Sequence record: MK250016.1
DNA length: 32,000 nucleotides
Reading direction: 5' to 3' (one strand)
Source: Prevotella phage Lak-A1
A program made the translations under genes and the position numbers. Shown piece by piece: positions 10,001 to 20,667 of the stretch; the first letter of the stretch is position 1, and each line of letters starts with the position of its first letter. The notes beneath the pieces were generated by a model. It searched no databases. It was not told the origin of the DNA and was given only the letters and a program-made list of their open reading frames with translations.

Positions 10001-11203
10001 ATTTCATTAAGAGAACAATATAATAATGGTAAGTCTATTAATGAATTAAAAGTTGGAAAATATGAAAAATATTCAATGAATAATTTTAGAAATATGTTAA
10101 TAGGTAGAACATATAAAAATTATTAATGTGTGTGGAGGTCATCCCCTAAGTGATGAGCAGGAGGAGTAGGGCTACTATTGATACGTAGCAGTATTTTAGG
10201 AAACGAAGTACTTTAAATGCCGAAATAGTGCAATGTTTATTAACATAATAAACATAAGATATGACCCGGACCATATAGAAATATATGGAGAAAACGTCAA
10301 ACAGGTTCAAAATCTGTAATAACATTAAATCTTAGTCGTATAACACAAGATTGGTTTAATAGTGTTAAGAAAACAGGTGTAACAAAAGAAAATGTAGAAG
10401 AACATTATGATGAATTGTGTCATTATTTTGGTGACATTCTTGATAGAGTATACAAATATCATACTGCATATAATGAACTTCTATGGGATATGTATGATGC
10501 TGGTTTGCTTCCGGTATATAAAGCTGGATTTATTAGTTTGAATAAGCAATATTTAACAATTGGATTAAATGGTCTTAATCAAATGGCAGAATTTTTAGGA
10601 ATTACATGCAATATAAATCCTCATTATGAAAAATTATGTCAAACAATATTTGGATATATTAAGCAGAAGAATCAAGAAGCTGCAGGTATGTTTAACGGAC
10701 ACAAGCTCACGTTTAATACCGAGTGCGTACCAGCGGAAAGTCTTGCAATAAAAAATTATAATTGGGATAAAGAAGATGGATATTGGGTAAGTGATGATAC
10801 AAATCTTTATGCATCTTATATTTTTAAACCAAATGACAAGAGCTTATCAATTTTCGATAAAATTACATTACATGGTCGTGATTATATCGGAGATTTCTTA
10901 GATGGTGGTTCTGCGGCTCATCTTAATTTATCAGAGCATTTATCTAAGAAACAAATAAAACATATCATGCAATTTGCAGCACAGGTAGGATGTCAGTATT
11001 GGACATTTAATGTACCTAATTGTAAGTGTGAAGATTGCGGATATATATCAAAAACTCCATTTGATAAGTGTCCAAAATGTGGATCAGTTCATATAAGTTT
11101 ATATGACCGTATCATTGGATATTTAACTAAAATTTCGAACTGGTCAGATGGACGTCAACAAGAACAAAAGACACGTGTTTATCTACATAGTGAAAATATT
11201 TAA
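7019..11203 (+). CDS. nrdD: Anaerobic ribonucleoside-triphosphate reductase NrdD: join(7019..9069,10297..11203), with an in-frame intein and one TAG=Q
   Basis: ATP-cone N-terminus begins at 7019 (MKVTKRDGSFENYSV[TAG]TVKRAVREAF) and is only continuous with TAG as sense. Further support: NrdD core, SSC/CRLKNK, TGSKSVITLNLSRITQDWF, C-terminal zinc motifs CxxC...CPKC and glycyl-radical motif RIIGYL. Exons join in frame (2958 nt). Confidence 0.93.
8444..9007 (+). other. Mini-intein (188 aa) in NrdD, no endonuclease domain
   Basis: Begins CFDGDTPFMF (block A). Contains RVTPDHIFPV (block B) and DYYCVELCDKNIEPYFLLPNGNITHN|C (blocks F/G). Flanking exteins rejoin to DSLSSC|CRLKNK. Confidence 0.92.
9070..10296 (+). 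other. Group I-like intron in nrdD
   Basis: Splicing GGG AT|T CAA ACA GGT restores NGNLGIQTGSKSVITLNL. The 5' exon end UUAGGGAU| can pair with intron GUCCUUUA with a U-G pair at the splice site (P1/IGS). The intron ends in G and contains a short P2-like hairpin ATTGCT/AGCAAT. It encodes a GIY-YIG nuclease. Confidence 0.82.
9227..10126 (+). CDS. Intron-encoded GIY-YIG homing endonuclease (TAG=Q at 6 codons), 299 aa
   Basis: MNNKIFTIYKISFPNGKVYIG[Q]TYHYH[Q]RIKEHLNEMKH...; continuous from 9227 to the TAA at 10124 only with TAG as sense. The track shows only a 105-aa fragment. Confidence 0.9.
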
Positions 11204-11229
11204 GTTTTTATAACCTATTTTATTTTTAA
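11187..11229 (+). repeat. Direct repeat copy 1 (nrdD C-terminus and 3' flank)
   Basis: ATAGTGAAAATATTTAAGTTTTTATAACCTATTTTATTTTTAA, identical to 12380..12422. Confidence 0.95.
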
Positions 11230-11230
11230 T

Positions 11231-11268
11231 AAGTTATAACATATACTTTATGTTATAACTTATTTTTA
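11231..11268 (+). terminator. Terminator-like hairpin after nrdD
   Basis: Perfect 13-bp stem AAGTTATAACATA/TATGTTATAACTT followed by T-rich sequence. Confidence 0.7.
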
Positions 11269-11334
11269 TTTAATAGTATTAAAGGTTTATCCTATTATTC
11301 AATTAGATAAATATTATAAATGAAAATATAATAT

Positions 11335-12396
11335 ATGAATTATAATAAAATTTATAATAATATTATTAATAATGCAAAAAATCGAAATAATATAAACAAT
11401 CAATACTTTGAAATACATCATATTATCCCTAAATGTATAGGAGGAACTGATGATGATAAAAATTTAGTAAAACTTACATTACGTGAACATTTTATATGTC
11501 ATGAATTATTAGTTAAAATATATCCAGATATACAATCATTAAAATGCGCATTATGGATTATTTGTATTACGACATTAGAAGCAAAAAAAGAATATATAAC
11601 AAATAATATAAAATATAAAAATAATAAATTACCTATTAATCATAGAGTACAACATTTTTTAAATGATTTTGAAAAACATATTAATATATCTTCAAGAGAT
11701 TATGAATATTGTAGAACATTATATTATATAGCAACAAAAGGGAAAAAACGAACTGTTGAGCAATGTAAAAAAATTTCAGATGCGACAAAGCATGCTATGA
11801 AAGATCCATCTAGAGTACAATTAAGAAGAAAAGGTGTATTGGGTAGTAAATTTTATTATGATTTAATAACAAATAAATCTTATAAATGGTTTCCGGGAGA
11901 TCCAGATATTGATTTAAATAAGTATGCGTGGGGTAGAGGAAAGAAAATGAGTTTAAAATCAAAAACATTAATGTCTGAAAATTTATCAAAATATAAAAAA
12001 GTATATTATTATAATGATAATTTAAAATCATCTACATGCTTTTGTAAAGATTAGATAAAAATATTACCTGATAGTTGGCATTTAGGAAGAAAATTCGGCG
12101 GATATAATAAAATGAAAATATTTATTATACCATTATTAAGAAATGTACATTTTAAATTAGTATGTAATTAGCATTTTATTGATAATATATTTTATCATAT
12201 TAATTTATTAAACAAATAGGAAATAAGTATAGGTATATTAACGATTAATGAAAAAATATTAAGTGACTTAATACAAAAAAATATTGATATTAATGATGAA
12301 AAATATATTACAATAATATATAACAATATATTAAATAATATAAACCAAATTAAAACTATTAATAATAGCGTTTATTTAAATAGTGAAAATATTTAA
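11335..12396 (+). CDS. HNH homing endonuclease-like protein (TAG=Q at 3 codons), 353 aa
   Basis: FEIHHIIPKCIGGTDDDKNLVKLTLREHFICHELL HNH motif. The frame continues past three TAGs to the TAA at 12394, ending ..VYLNSENI*. Confidence 0.8.
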
Positions 12397-12422
12397 GTTT
12401 TTATAACCTATTTTATTTTTAA
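12380..12422 (+). repeat. Direct repeat copy 2 (end of HNH ORF and 3' flank)
   Basis: 43 nt identical to 11187..11229. Confidence 0.95.
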
Positions 12423-12427
12423 ATTTT

Positions 12428-12464
12428 AATGATTCCAGTATACTACTACTGGAATCATTTTTTA
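12428..12464 (+). terminator. Rho-independent-type terminator after the HNH ORF
   Basis: Perfect 13-bp stem AATGATTCCAGTA/TACTGGAATCATT followed by a T run. Confidence 0.85.
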
Positions 12465-12548
12465 TTGATTTTTTCTAATAAAAATAGATGTTTTAATCAA
12501 CTTTTTATATGTTTTTCTATATAATTTTTAAGAAAAAGATTAAATAGT

Positions 12549-13256
12549 ATGAATTTATTTGATAACGAATTTGATGATATAATTGATTCAGAAACTACAT
12601 CTTCATCTGTTTCTACAGAGATGAGAGTTAATGAATTTAAAAAATGGAAGCAAGAAGTATTAAGTTTAAAAAAGAGAAAAGATGATATATATAACCGTAG
12701 AAATATAGTTCATAATATAGATGATATAATATTAGAAGGAAATTCAGTTACTTTAATTTTTGATTCTAATGTTGAGAAAAATGTTATATTATGCCCTATT
12801 AATTATATTATATCATGCCCTCTACCGATCAATAATATTAATATAGAAAATAATACAGAAAATGATATACGATTAATTTTATATTCACCAAGAAAATATA
12901 ATGATTCAAAATTAGAAGAAGATATTGTGAATAAAGATGATTTAGAAATGTTATCTCTTATTAACTTTAATAATATGAATATAACAGATATATTATTTAG
13001 AGGTACATTTTCTACATTTGATGATTATCATAAGTATCTAGATATTGTAAAGAACAAATTTAATTATGCTACAATATGGATGAATTACGAAACACGTATA
13101 GAACATCCTGATACTACTATAAAACCATTAAAAAGAAATAACTGTCATATATCAGCATTATTGAGATATGATGAATTAATAGATACTATTATTTACAATG
13201 ATACTGTTAATATATCATATTGTAATTTTATTAATAGTGGAATATTGCAAAATTAA
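12549..13256 (+). CDS. Hypothetical protein
   Basis: 235-aa ORF, ATG to TAA, no recognised motif. Confidence 0.7.
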   Translation: MNLFDNEFDDIIDSETTSSSVSTEMRVNEFKKWKQEVLSLKKRKDDIYNRRNIVHNIDDIILEGNSVTLIFDSNVEKNVILCPINYIISCPLPINNINIENNTENDIRLILYSPRKYNDSKLEEDIVNKDDLEMLSLINFNNMNITDILFRGTFSTFDDYHKYLDIVKNKFNYATIWMNYETRIEHPDTTIKPLKRNNCHISALLRYDELIDTIIYNDTVNISYCNFINSGILQN

Positions 13257-13266
13257 CTAGTTAAAA

Positions 13267-13443
13267 ATGGAAAATAAGAGAAATAAGTTATTTTACGTTA
13301 TTATTATTGTACTTATAGGTGCTTGCATATATTTTGCAAGTGAAAAAACATATTATGAAATGAAGGTACATCAATTGCAAGAAACAGTAGATAGGCAAGC
13401 TGGTGCAATAGAAAGTTTAGAAAGACAAAAGATTAATTATTAA
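13267..13443 (+). CDS. Small single-pass membrane protein
   Basis: 58 aa, MENKRNKLFYVIIIVLIGACIYFASEKTYYEMKVHQLQETVDRQAGAIESLERQKINY. TM segment followed by a short helical tail. Below the ORF-track length cutoff. Confidence 0.6.
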   Translation: MENKRNKLFYVIIIVLIGACIYFASEKTYYEMKVHQLQETVDRQAGAIESLERQKINY

Positions 13444-13448
13444 AATAT

Positions 13449-14414
13449 ATGGATGACAAATATTTAATTATATATCATAAAGAAGATAATGATGGCTTAT
13501 TTTCAATGGCTATCATTTATAATTATTTAACAGAAGAGAAACATATAAACAGAAATATGATTTCATTATTTGGTGCAGATTATAATATGATGGAGAATAT
13601 AAATATTCATACAGATATTATAGATCAATATGATTATGTATATATTACTGATATTTCATTTGATACTGCAGAAACAATGAGAGAACTTAAGAAAACATAT
13701 AGCAATAAGCTTACATGGTTTGATCATCATGCACCTATGATTAATAAATCAGAAGAGTTACATTTTGATGATATTCCTGGTACAAGAACAACAAAACATT
13801 CAGCATTGTATAATGCATTTACATATCTATATAATTTTGTTGGTCGAATTCCTGATTTATTTAAGGTATTATCTGCGTGGGATAGTTGGAGTTATGAAAC
13901 AGAAAATATTAATTTTGATTTTTGTAGATATGTAAATATTGGTGTAAATAACAAATATGATTTGAATACTAATAAAATTATTAATTATGTATATGATATT
14001 ATATATACATATGAGCCTATTGAATTATCAGCTCAAATTAATGAACTTAAGGATTTAGGTAAACTTGAATGTAATATTATAGATAGAAATAATAAGAATC
14101 TTATTAAAACATATGGTGATTTTACATGGACAGTTGGACCTGATAATAGAAGTGCATGTGCATTGTTTATTCAGAAACCTACAAATTCACAAATATTTTC
14201 TTCATGTAAAGAGAGAGTTCAAAATGGTATTGTATTTAAGCGTCTAACTGATGGTATGTGGGCAATATCATTATATAATCCTATTGATACGCATGAATTT
14301 CATTGTGGTAAATTTTTACAGGAATATTATCATGGTGGTGGACATGAAGGTGCTGCAGGCGCACAAATAGCAGAAGATGAATTTATTAAAATATTAAAAG
14401 CTAAACATATTTAA
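13449..14414 (+). CDS. DHH-family phosphoesterase
   Basis: YHKEDNDG, TDISFD, WFDHHAPM and C-terminal GGGHEGAAG motifs. Confidence 0.88.
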   Translation: MDDKYLIIYHKEDNDGLFSMAIIYNYLTEEKHINRNMISLFGADYNMMENINIHTDIIDQYDYVYITDISFDTAETMRELKKTYSNKLTWFDHHAPMINKSEELHFDDIPGTRTTKHSALYNAFTYLYNFVGRIPDLFKVLSAWDSWSYETENINFDFCRYVNIGVNNKYDLNTNKIINYVYDIIYTYEPIELSAQINELKDLGKLECNIIDRNNKNLIKTYGDFTWTVGPDNRSACALFIQKPTNSQIFSSCKERVQNGIVFKRLTDGMWAISLYNPIDTHEFHCGKFLQEYYHGGGHEGAAGAQIAEDEFIKILKAKHI

Positions 14415-14418
14415 ATTA

Positions 14419-14459
14419 AATAGGAGAATAGTTTTTCGTATACTATTCTCCTATTTTTT
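14419..14459. terminator. Bidirectional terminator between convergent genes
   Basis: 14-bp perfect stem AATAGGAGAATAGT/ACTATTCTCCTATT, flanked by A- and T-rich sequence. Confidence 0.85.
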
Positions 14460-17400
14460 ATTTGTCATTATTACTATTTGTATCTAATGTATTTTCATCT
14501 ATATCATTATTATTCGAAAATTCTACTTGCTAATTTGTATTTTTAGTCATGTAATTTGTAAATGTTATTAATGTGCCTGGTATTCTATCTGAACCTAATA
14601 TCGCTTTTACAGATTCCCAGAATTCTCTTTGTTTTATTGTATCTGTTCCTATATGATAATGTTTTGTTGTTGCACCTGTATCATCTCGTGCCTATTCTAT
14701 ATAAGCAGATACACCATAATCATAGAATAATTTTAATATAGTAGGACTTTTCATTATAATATTTGTCATAAGTTCAGTAAAATCCATACCGTTATTAATA
14801 ATATCTATAGCTTCGCCATATAAATGTCGTGAATTATTCTTTTTAAAATACATTACTTCACCAATAGCATTCATACATTTATAATAATCATATTTTTTTA
14901 TAAATGCATTACCATCAACTTTATTACCATATTCATCTACTGCCCATCTTCTTCCAGATACTAATTTACATTTATTATCAGATTCAGATAAAATAGTTTT
15001 ATAAATATCCTTCATAAAAGATTTTAAACCAGTTAATGGTATAGTAGAACCAGCTACATAATCAGATTTCTTTACATATTGATCTATCATATCCATATTA
15101 AAATTAACTGCCTCTACTGTTTCTTTTCCGTGTGCATTATATATAGTACCGGCTTCTTCTTGTTCTTGCTATTGTTCATCAGTTGTAGAACTTATATTCT
15201 ATTTTCTCTATGCAGTCACGACTGCATCTTCAGATGTTTTTGCACCTTTAATATGTTCTGCTCCATATCGTTTTAATGCATCATAATATGCCATTCTAGC
15301 AAGTTTACCATTTCCAATATCTACTAATACAATAGTATTTGCTGTTTTTTTATCTATTGTTTTACCTGATTTATCTTTAATTTTAGATGGTACTGGCCAT
15401 TCTCTTCTAACTAATTTAACATTTGTTCTCCAATTTGTACCCTAACCCTAATCATTATCAGTATCGAATACCCATTCAATACCATCTATAATATACCAAC
15501 CAGATTCTGCTTCATACATGCATTCTTCTATTTTTGTACGTGCTTGACCAGTTCTAATAGCTTGTTCTGCTCTATTTAAATCCATTAAAACAATAGGCAT
15601 TTTTTCACCACGAACAATACTTAAGTTTGCACCATTTAATTCAACAAGTAAATACTGTTTTTGTAACTATAATAAATTTCTCATATTATGTTCATATGCA
15701 ACTTCATAAAATCTATGAGTATTTCCAGATGACATCATATTATTTCCGGTTCCTTCAAGATTTGCTGCATCTCCATCAGATTGTTGATTTGTAATTTTCT
15801 CTGGTTCATTTTTATTTGATGATTGAGTTTCTGAAGTAGCCATTGCAGAATCACCACTTGCATATGTCATATTTCTTCCAGGTCCTAATAATACGAAGAA
15901 ATCATTATCTGCTCGTGTTGGATCAAATTTTGTTCTATTTAAACATAATGAAAATTCAACACTATAATTAGGATTATTTGGATCTATTAAACCTGTGTTA
16001 ACTGATGAATATTGCATTTTACAATTTAATCCCACAAAATCCTATATTTCCTATGCATTATTAAGTAATCTCCAATTATTAACATGATATACTGTTGCTG
16101 CTTCATTATCATCTGTAATATTAGTAAATATCTTTGTCTATATATGCGGTTTTACTTTCTATTCTTCATCTGTTTTAGTTGCTGCTTTACCATCAATAGC
16201 TCTATTATTAATAAATGTATTTGTCCAGAATGTCATATCTATTGATTCATCATAACCACTTTCACCTAATAATCTATTAATATTCATGAAAGATAATCCA
16301 TATCTCGGATCTATCCATGATTCAAAAAATGAATTAGAATCTTTCCATGCATGTGTTGTCAAATCATGTAAAAACATTTCTGGTGATTTACAATTACACC
16401 AAACCATTACATCGTTTGTATCATCTGGATCACAAAAGAAGAAACTTAATCTTAAACGTTTTGCAAGATCCATCATAGCATCTCGTGATGAACCATTAAA
16501 ATTATATCTAGATTCTTCATTTCTTAAATCTGGTACATATAATTCTCCGGTTATAATCTATGTCTAATATTTCTGATATTGCGTCTAATCCATCTAATCA
16601 GAAACAACATTTGTAATTCTGAAATCACATCTCATAGACTTAATCATTGCATGTCCACTCTGAAAAAATACACTGCATCTATCACCTTGCTTTACAAAAT
16701 CCTTTTTTAATAAACCAGGGTCTGATGTAGTTACTATAAGTCTCATCGTAGGTAAAACACCTGTTAATGGCATTTGATAAATTTCATACTCATTATAATT
16801 CTTATAATAACCGGTTTCCATAGAAAAATGCTATATTTCTGTAGATTCAAAATAATGATCATTTATACGAATTATAGGATATACGGCACCTTTATTATAC
16901 CATTGATTCTCTTTAATATTAGGACTTGTTACATCTGGTACTGAAATACCAATTACATCAGGATTATTAATATCAGCGCCTAATGGTAATGAACTACGAG
17001 GATTATCTTTATCTTTATTTCCCATTGAATCCTCAAATATACCTTTATTTGAAGAATCTTTAGAACCTTTACCATTGTCATCAGAATCATTTGCATTATC
17101 TCCAGTATTTGATGTATTCTTATTTGTTCCTGAAGAATCATTCTCTGACTCATCATTTGTATTAGAATTATCATCATTACTTCCATCAGAATTAGATGTA
17201 TCTTTATTAGATGTATCAACCATATCTAATATTTTATCTTCATCTGATTTTGAATAACAAACACCACCATATTTTCCTGAACCATAATCAATAGTATAAT
17301 TAAAAAAATCTTTCTTTATTATCTAATTTGTTGTTACATCTTTATATACTTTTGTTTCTGTATATAATTTTGCATTCTTACCTTTAAATATGATATTATA

Positions 17401-17499
17401 AGTATTATTTATTGTGTCAGTATAATAATAATGTGTTATAGTTTTATCTGATGATACTTCTCCTTTTTTTAAATATTTAATACCATTTATCGTTAACAT
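14458..17499 (-). CDS. Large (1013 aa) probable tail/baseplate protein (TAG=Q at 15 or more codons)
   Basis: ORFs at 14692-15096, 15667-16035, 16159-16476, 16594-16821 and 16831-17223 share one minus frame, separated only by TAG. The merged ORF runs MLTINGIKYLKKGEVSSDKT... to ..DTNSNNDK* (TAA). Contains a low-complexity S/N/D linker. Function is inferred from adjacency to tail hydrolases. Confidence 0.75.
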
Positions 17500-17501
17500 A
17501 A

Positions 17502-18560
17502 TTATTTAGATTTCTTTGTATTTTTATTTGTATTAGATTTATCTGTACTATTAGTTTTCTTATCTGATTTACCGGTAGATGTATCTTTTTTACCGGTAGA
17601 TGTATCTGCAGATTTTTTTGCAACATCCTCTTTAGTAATACCTTGATTTGCATATTCTATAGCTGGATCATTTGAATTATATGGTATTTTTAATTCATCT
17701 AACACAATACAAGAATCATTTGTAGAATATATACGTGTATGACTACTTGCAAATTGATCTTTTGATGTAAACATTGTTTGTTTAGATGTTGCTGATGCAG
17801 TTTGAAATGCATTATCTTTTGAATTTTCAAATATATTACCACCTTGACCGGTAAATGTTTGATATTCATCATGTACAGGATATGCATTAGAATTTCCCAT
17901 ACCTGCACCACCAGTATCACCAAAACCACCACCGTCTAAACCACCGCCAGAAACTTCAGTACCTAATCCTGATAAATCAGCTAAGTTTACAGAACCCATT
18001 TTACTTAATACTGCATTTGCCCATGATGTTCTGCATGTTAGTGCACCAATATATCCATCTTTAAATGTACGTCTGCTACCATCTGCCATATATGATGTTT
18101 TACACCATGTATATGATTTCATAGATTGCTATGAACGTAATCTTGTTCCTTTACCTGCAGAACCATTTTCATAACCGCGTAGCACAATATCAGTTGATTG
18201 TCCAACTGATGTAGTTTTTCTTAACAAATTAATAAATGATTCAGAGCATCCTTTTGTTACAATAGCTATTTGCTAATCTAATGACCAATTTTCTATAGGT
18301 CTAGAATTATTGAATTGTCTCTATATTTGACGTTTCCATGCATTAGACCATTGTGCAAGTCCGGCACCATATCCGGAACCATTTGCAGATGAACCTTTAA
18401 ATCTTCCAGATTTTTCAGCAGCGTTATATGCTCCAGGATCACAACCAGATTCTTCCATAAAACATCCTGCAAATCCAGCAGCCTAGAAATCTTTAAGATG
18501 CCATGTATCCATTATTTTCTTTGTTATATAAACACCATTTAATAATTTTTTACCTGCCAT
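17502..18560 (-). CDS. Phage tail-lysozyme-like protein (TAG=Q at 4 codons), 352 aa
   Basis: MAGKKLLNGVYITKKIMDTWHLKDF[Q]AAGFAGCFMEESGCDPGAYNAAEKSGRFKGSSANGSGYGAGLAQWSNAWKRQI..., the pattern of tail lysozyme domains. Stop is TAA. Confidence 0.82.
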
Positions 18561-18566
18561 AAATCA

Positions 18567-19490
18567 TTAACCATTAGTTTTAACTGAACTATTTACTATA
18601 TTTAATGTTGTCGTATTTGATGAAACACTAGAATCCCAAGGATTTATTGGAATTGATAATTCGTCTAATACGATAGAAGAATCATTTGTTGAATATATAC
18701 GAGTTGTTTTTAAATTCATTACTGAAGAATCATTCATCTATTTATATGCTGTAGAATCTGTATATGTTAATCTTAATTTATTTTCACCAACTATTTCAAA
18801 TACAGATTTTGAACCATTACCTGATGCAATAGTTTCATATTCATCATGTACAGGATATGTATTTGAAGTATAATTAAATTGTGAACCTGCACGACCATTA
18901 AATGTACCACCAATACCATATCCTGTATTCATTTGTTGTTGCATTGTATTTCCATTAACAGAAGAAAAATCTAATGGTGTATCAATGCTTACACCAGAAT
19001 TTCGCCATATAATAGAATATCCTGGTTTAATTGATGTATAACATGGCATACCTGCTCGTTTTTTTCCATTTGGACCTGGTCGTCCATCATGTATATTTCC
19101 CCATGCGTATGACATAAAAGAAGATCCGTTTTTTCCATAAAATACTTCAACATGACCATTTCTTGCAATTATATCGAATGGCTATAATAGTGTAAATCCT
19201 GAAAATCGTAATGGAGAGAAACCTGCTTTTTTAAGATACCTTGCAGTTGTACTTGTAGTAGATGCAAATTCATGTGAAGATACAAGATAAGATTTTGGAA
19301 ACGCACCAAATAACTATAAACATGCTGATGTAAAGCCTGAACAATCATCTCCTACACTATTACCTAATAAAGGACATGAATACATACGTCTTGATCCAGT
19401 TGCATGTCCAGAAACACCACCCTAATATGTATGAATATTATGAAAGTAAAAAGTACCCATAGATTGAACAGCTTGATTCCATGTTGCCAT
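18567..19490 (-). CDS. NlpC/P60-like cysteine peptidase, probable tail-associated (TAG=Q at 4 codons), 307 aa
   Basis: MATWNQAVQSMGTFYFHNIHTY[Q]GGVSG...NSVGDDCSGFTSACL[Q]LFG...NGHVEVFYG; the DCSGF and GHVEVF catalytic-type motifs fit NlpC/P60/CHAP-like folds. Confidence 0.78.
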
Positions 19491-19537
19491 ATATTATTAA
19501 TTCAGTTAAATAAATTTTAAATATTTATTAAATAAAA

Positions 19538-19576
19538 AGGAGTGTATCAAATAAACCGAATATTTGATACACTCCT
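19538..19576. terminator. Strong intergenic hairpin between two minus-strand genes
   Basis: 16-bp perfect stem AGGAGTGTATCAAATA/TATTTGATACACTCCT with a 7-nt loop. In minus orientation it lies downstream of the 19655-19828 gene. Confidence 0.75.
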
Positions 19577-19654
19577 AAAATTAGTTTAATATAAACCAAT
19601 ATATGTTTATATTTTTAATTACACAAAATTCTTATTTAAAGTTTGTCTTATAAA

Positions 19655-19828
19655 TTACATAGGACAAACTGTAGAATCTGCTGCTGTAGAATCAGCAGCT
19701 ACTGAATCAACAACTGTAGTATCTGTTGCTGTAGAATCAGCACCAGCACCATAACCAACAGTCTTGTTACCGCATGATGCAAAACTCAATGTTACAACAG
19801 CAGCAAGTACGAATAAAATCTTTTTCAT
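19655..19828 (-). CDS. Small lipoprotein with DST/ADST repeats
   Basis: MKKILFVLAAVVTLSFASCGNKTVGYGAGADSTATDTTVVDSVAADSTAADSTVCPM*. Type II signal peptide with lipobox FASC, 57 aa. Confidence 0.75.
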   Translation of the reverse strand: MKKILFVLAAVVTLSFASCGNKTVGYGAGADSTATDTTVVDSVAADSTAADSTVCPM

Positions 19829-19992
19829 ATTCTTCTTTACTTAAAATTTATTTTTTAAACTTTATTATTTATCTCAATTATTTAAAAAGTTCTTATATTA
19901 TAGTGAAAAAATATATTTTTGTCTATGATTTATTATCTATAATTTTGAAGATAAATAAATAAAATATAAACAAAATATACTTTGATAATAAT

Positions 19993-20619
19993 ATGGCAGT
20001 AACAAATGGACCTACATTACCTAAGAAATCCCCAGGTTTGTTAGGATTATCACATTTTAGAAATAGCCGTGTAGCAACATCTCTTTGGGAACCAATATAT
20101 TTGAATTTATTTACTGTTCAATTAACATGTCCTCAAGGTATGGTAGATACTACAGATGATGAGCGCTTAAATATTATTCTTGAAGGTGTATCGTCAGTTG
20201 GTTAGATTTCTACTTCATTTGGTGCAAATGCAACAGAGCAGAAGTATAAATTTGCACAGCGTTCATTCGCAGGCGCAAAACCTGATAGAACAAACGTTGA
20301 TTTGACATTACACTTTAATCTTAACCTTTCTTATGATAACGGTTCACCAGAGAACTATACATATAAGTTCCTTCGTGAATGGGTTGACCTTATTTATGAT
20401 CCTCTTACAGGTCGTGAAGGTCTTAAGAAAGATTATGTTGCGCCTTCTATGACTATTACTATGCAAGACCGTGCAGGTAATCCTTATTGGCAATGGGTAT
20501 TCTATTACATTTTCCCTACAACCGGTGTACCTGGTCCTACACTTAATTATGATAGTACAGACCTTATGTCATGTGATATGACATTCCGTGCTGACTGGTG
20601 GGATGAATGTATGCTTTAA
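19993..20619 (+). CDS. Putative tail tube-like structural protein (one TAG=Q), 208 aa
   Basis: MAVTNGPTLPKKSPGLLGLSHFRNSRVATSLWEPIYLNLFTVQLTCP...SSVG[Q]ISTSFG...MTFRADWWDECML*. Two track ORFs are separated only by TAG. The tail-tube call is weak; the CDS call is strong. Confidence 0.6.
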
Positions 20620-20667
20620 TATTCATATATTTTATAGTAATATGAAGTTAAAAAGTTTATATAAAAT

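Noticed and set aside
16286-17932. ORFs 16286-16567 (+), 16980-17219 (-), 17075-17257 (+) and 17699-17932 (-).
   Set aside because: Out-of-frame or antisense to the large recoded tail genes, with repetitive I/L/M or S/D composition produced by the underlying codons.
14692-19115. Series of short minus-strand ORFs that could look like pseudogene fragments or many small genes.
   Set aside because: They fall in shared frames separated only by TAG and merge into three full-length genes ending in TAA. Recoding explains them better than decay.
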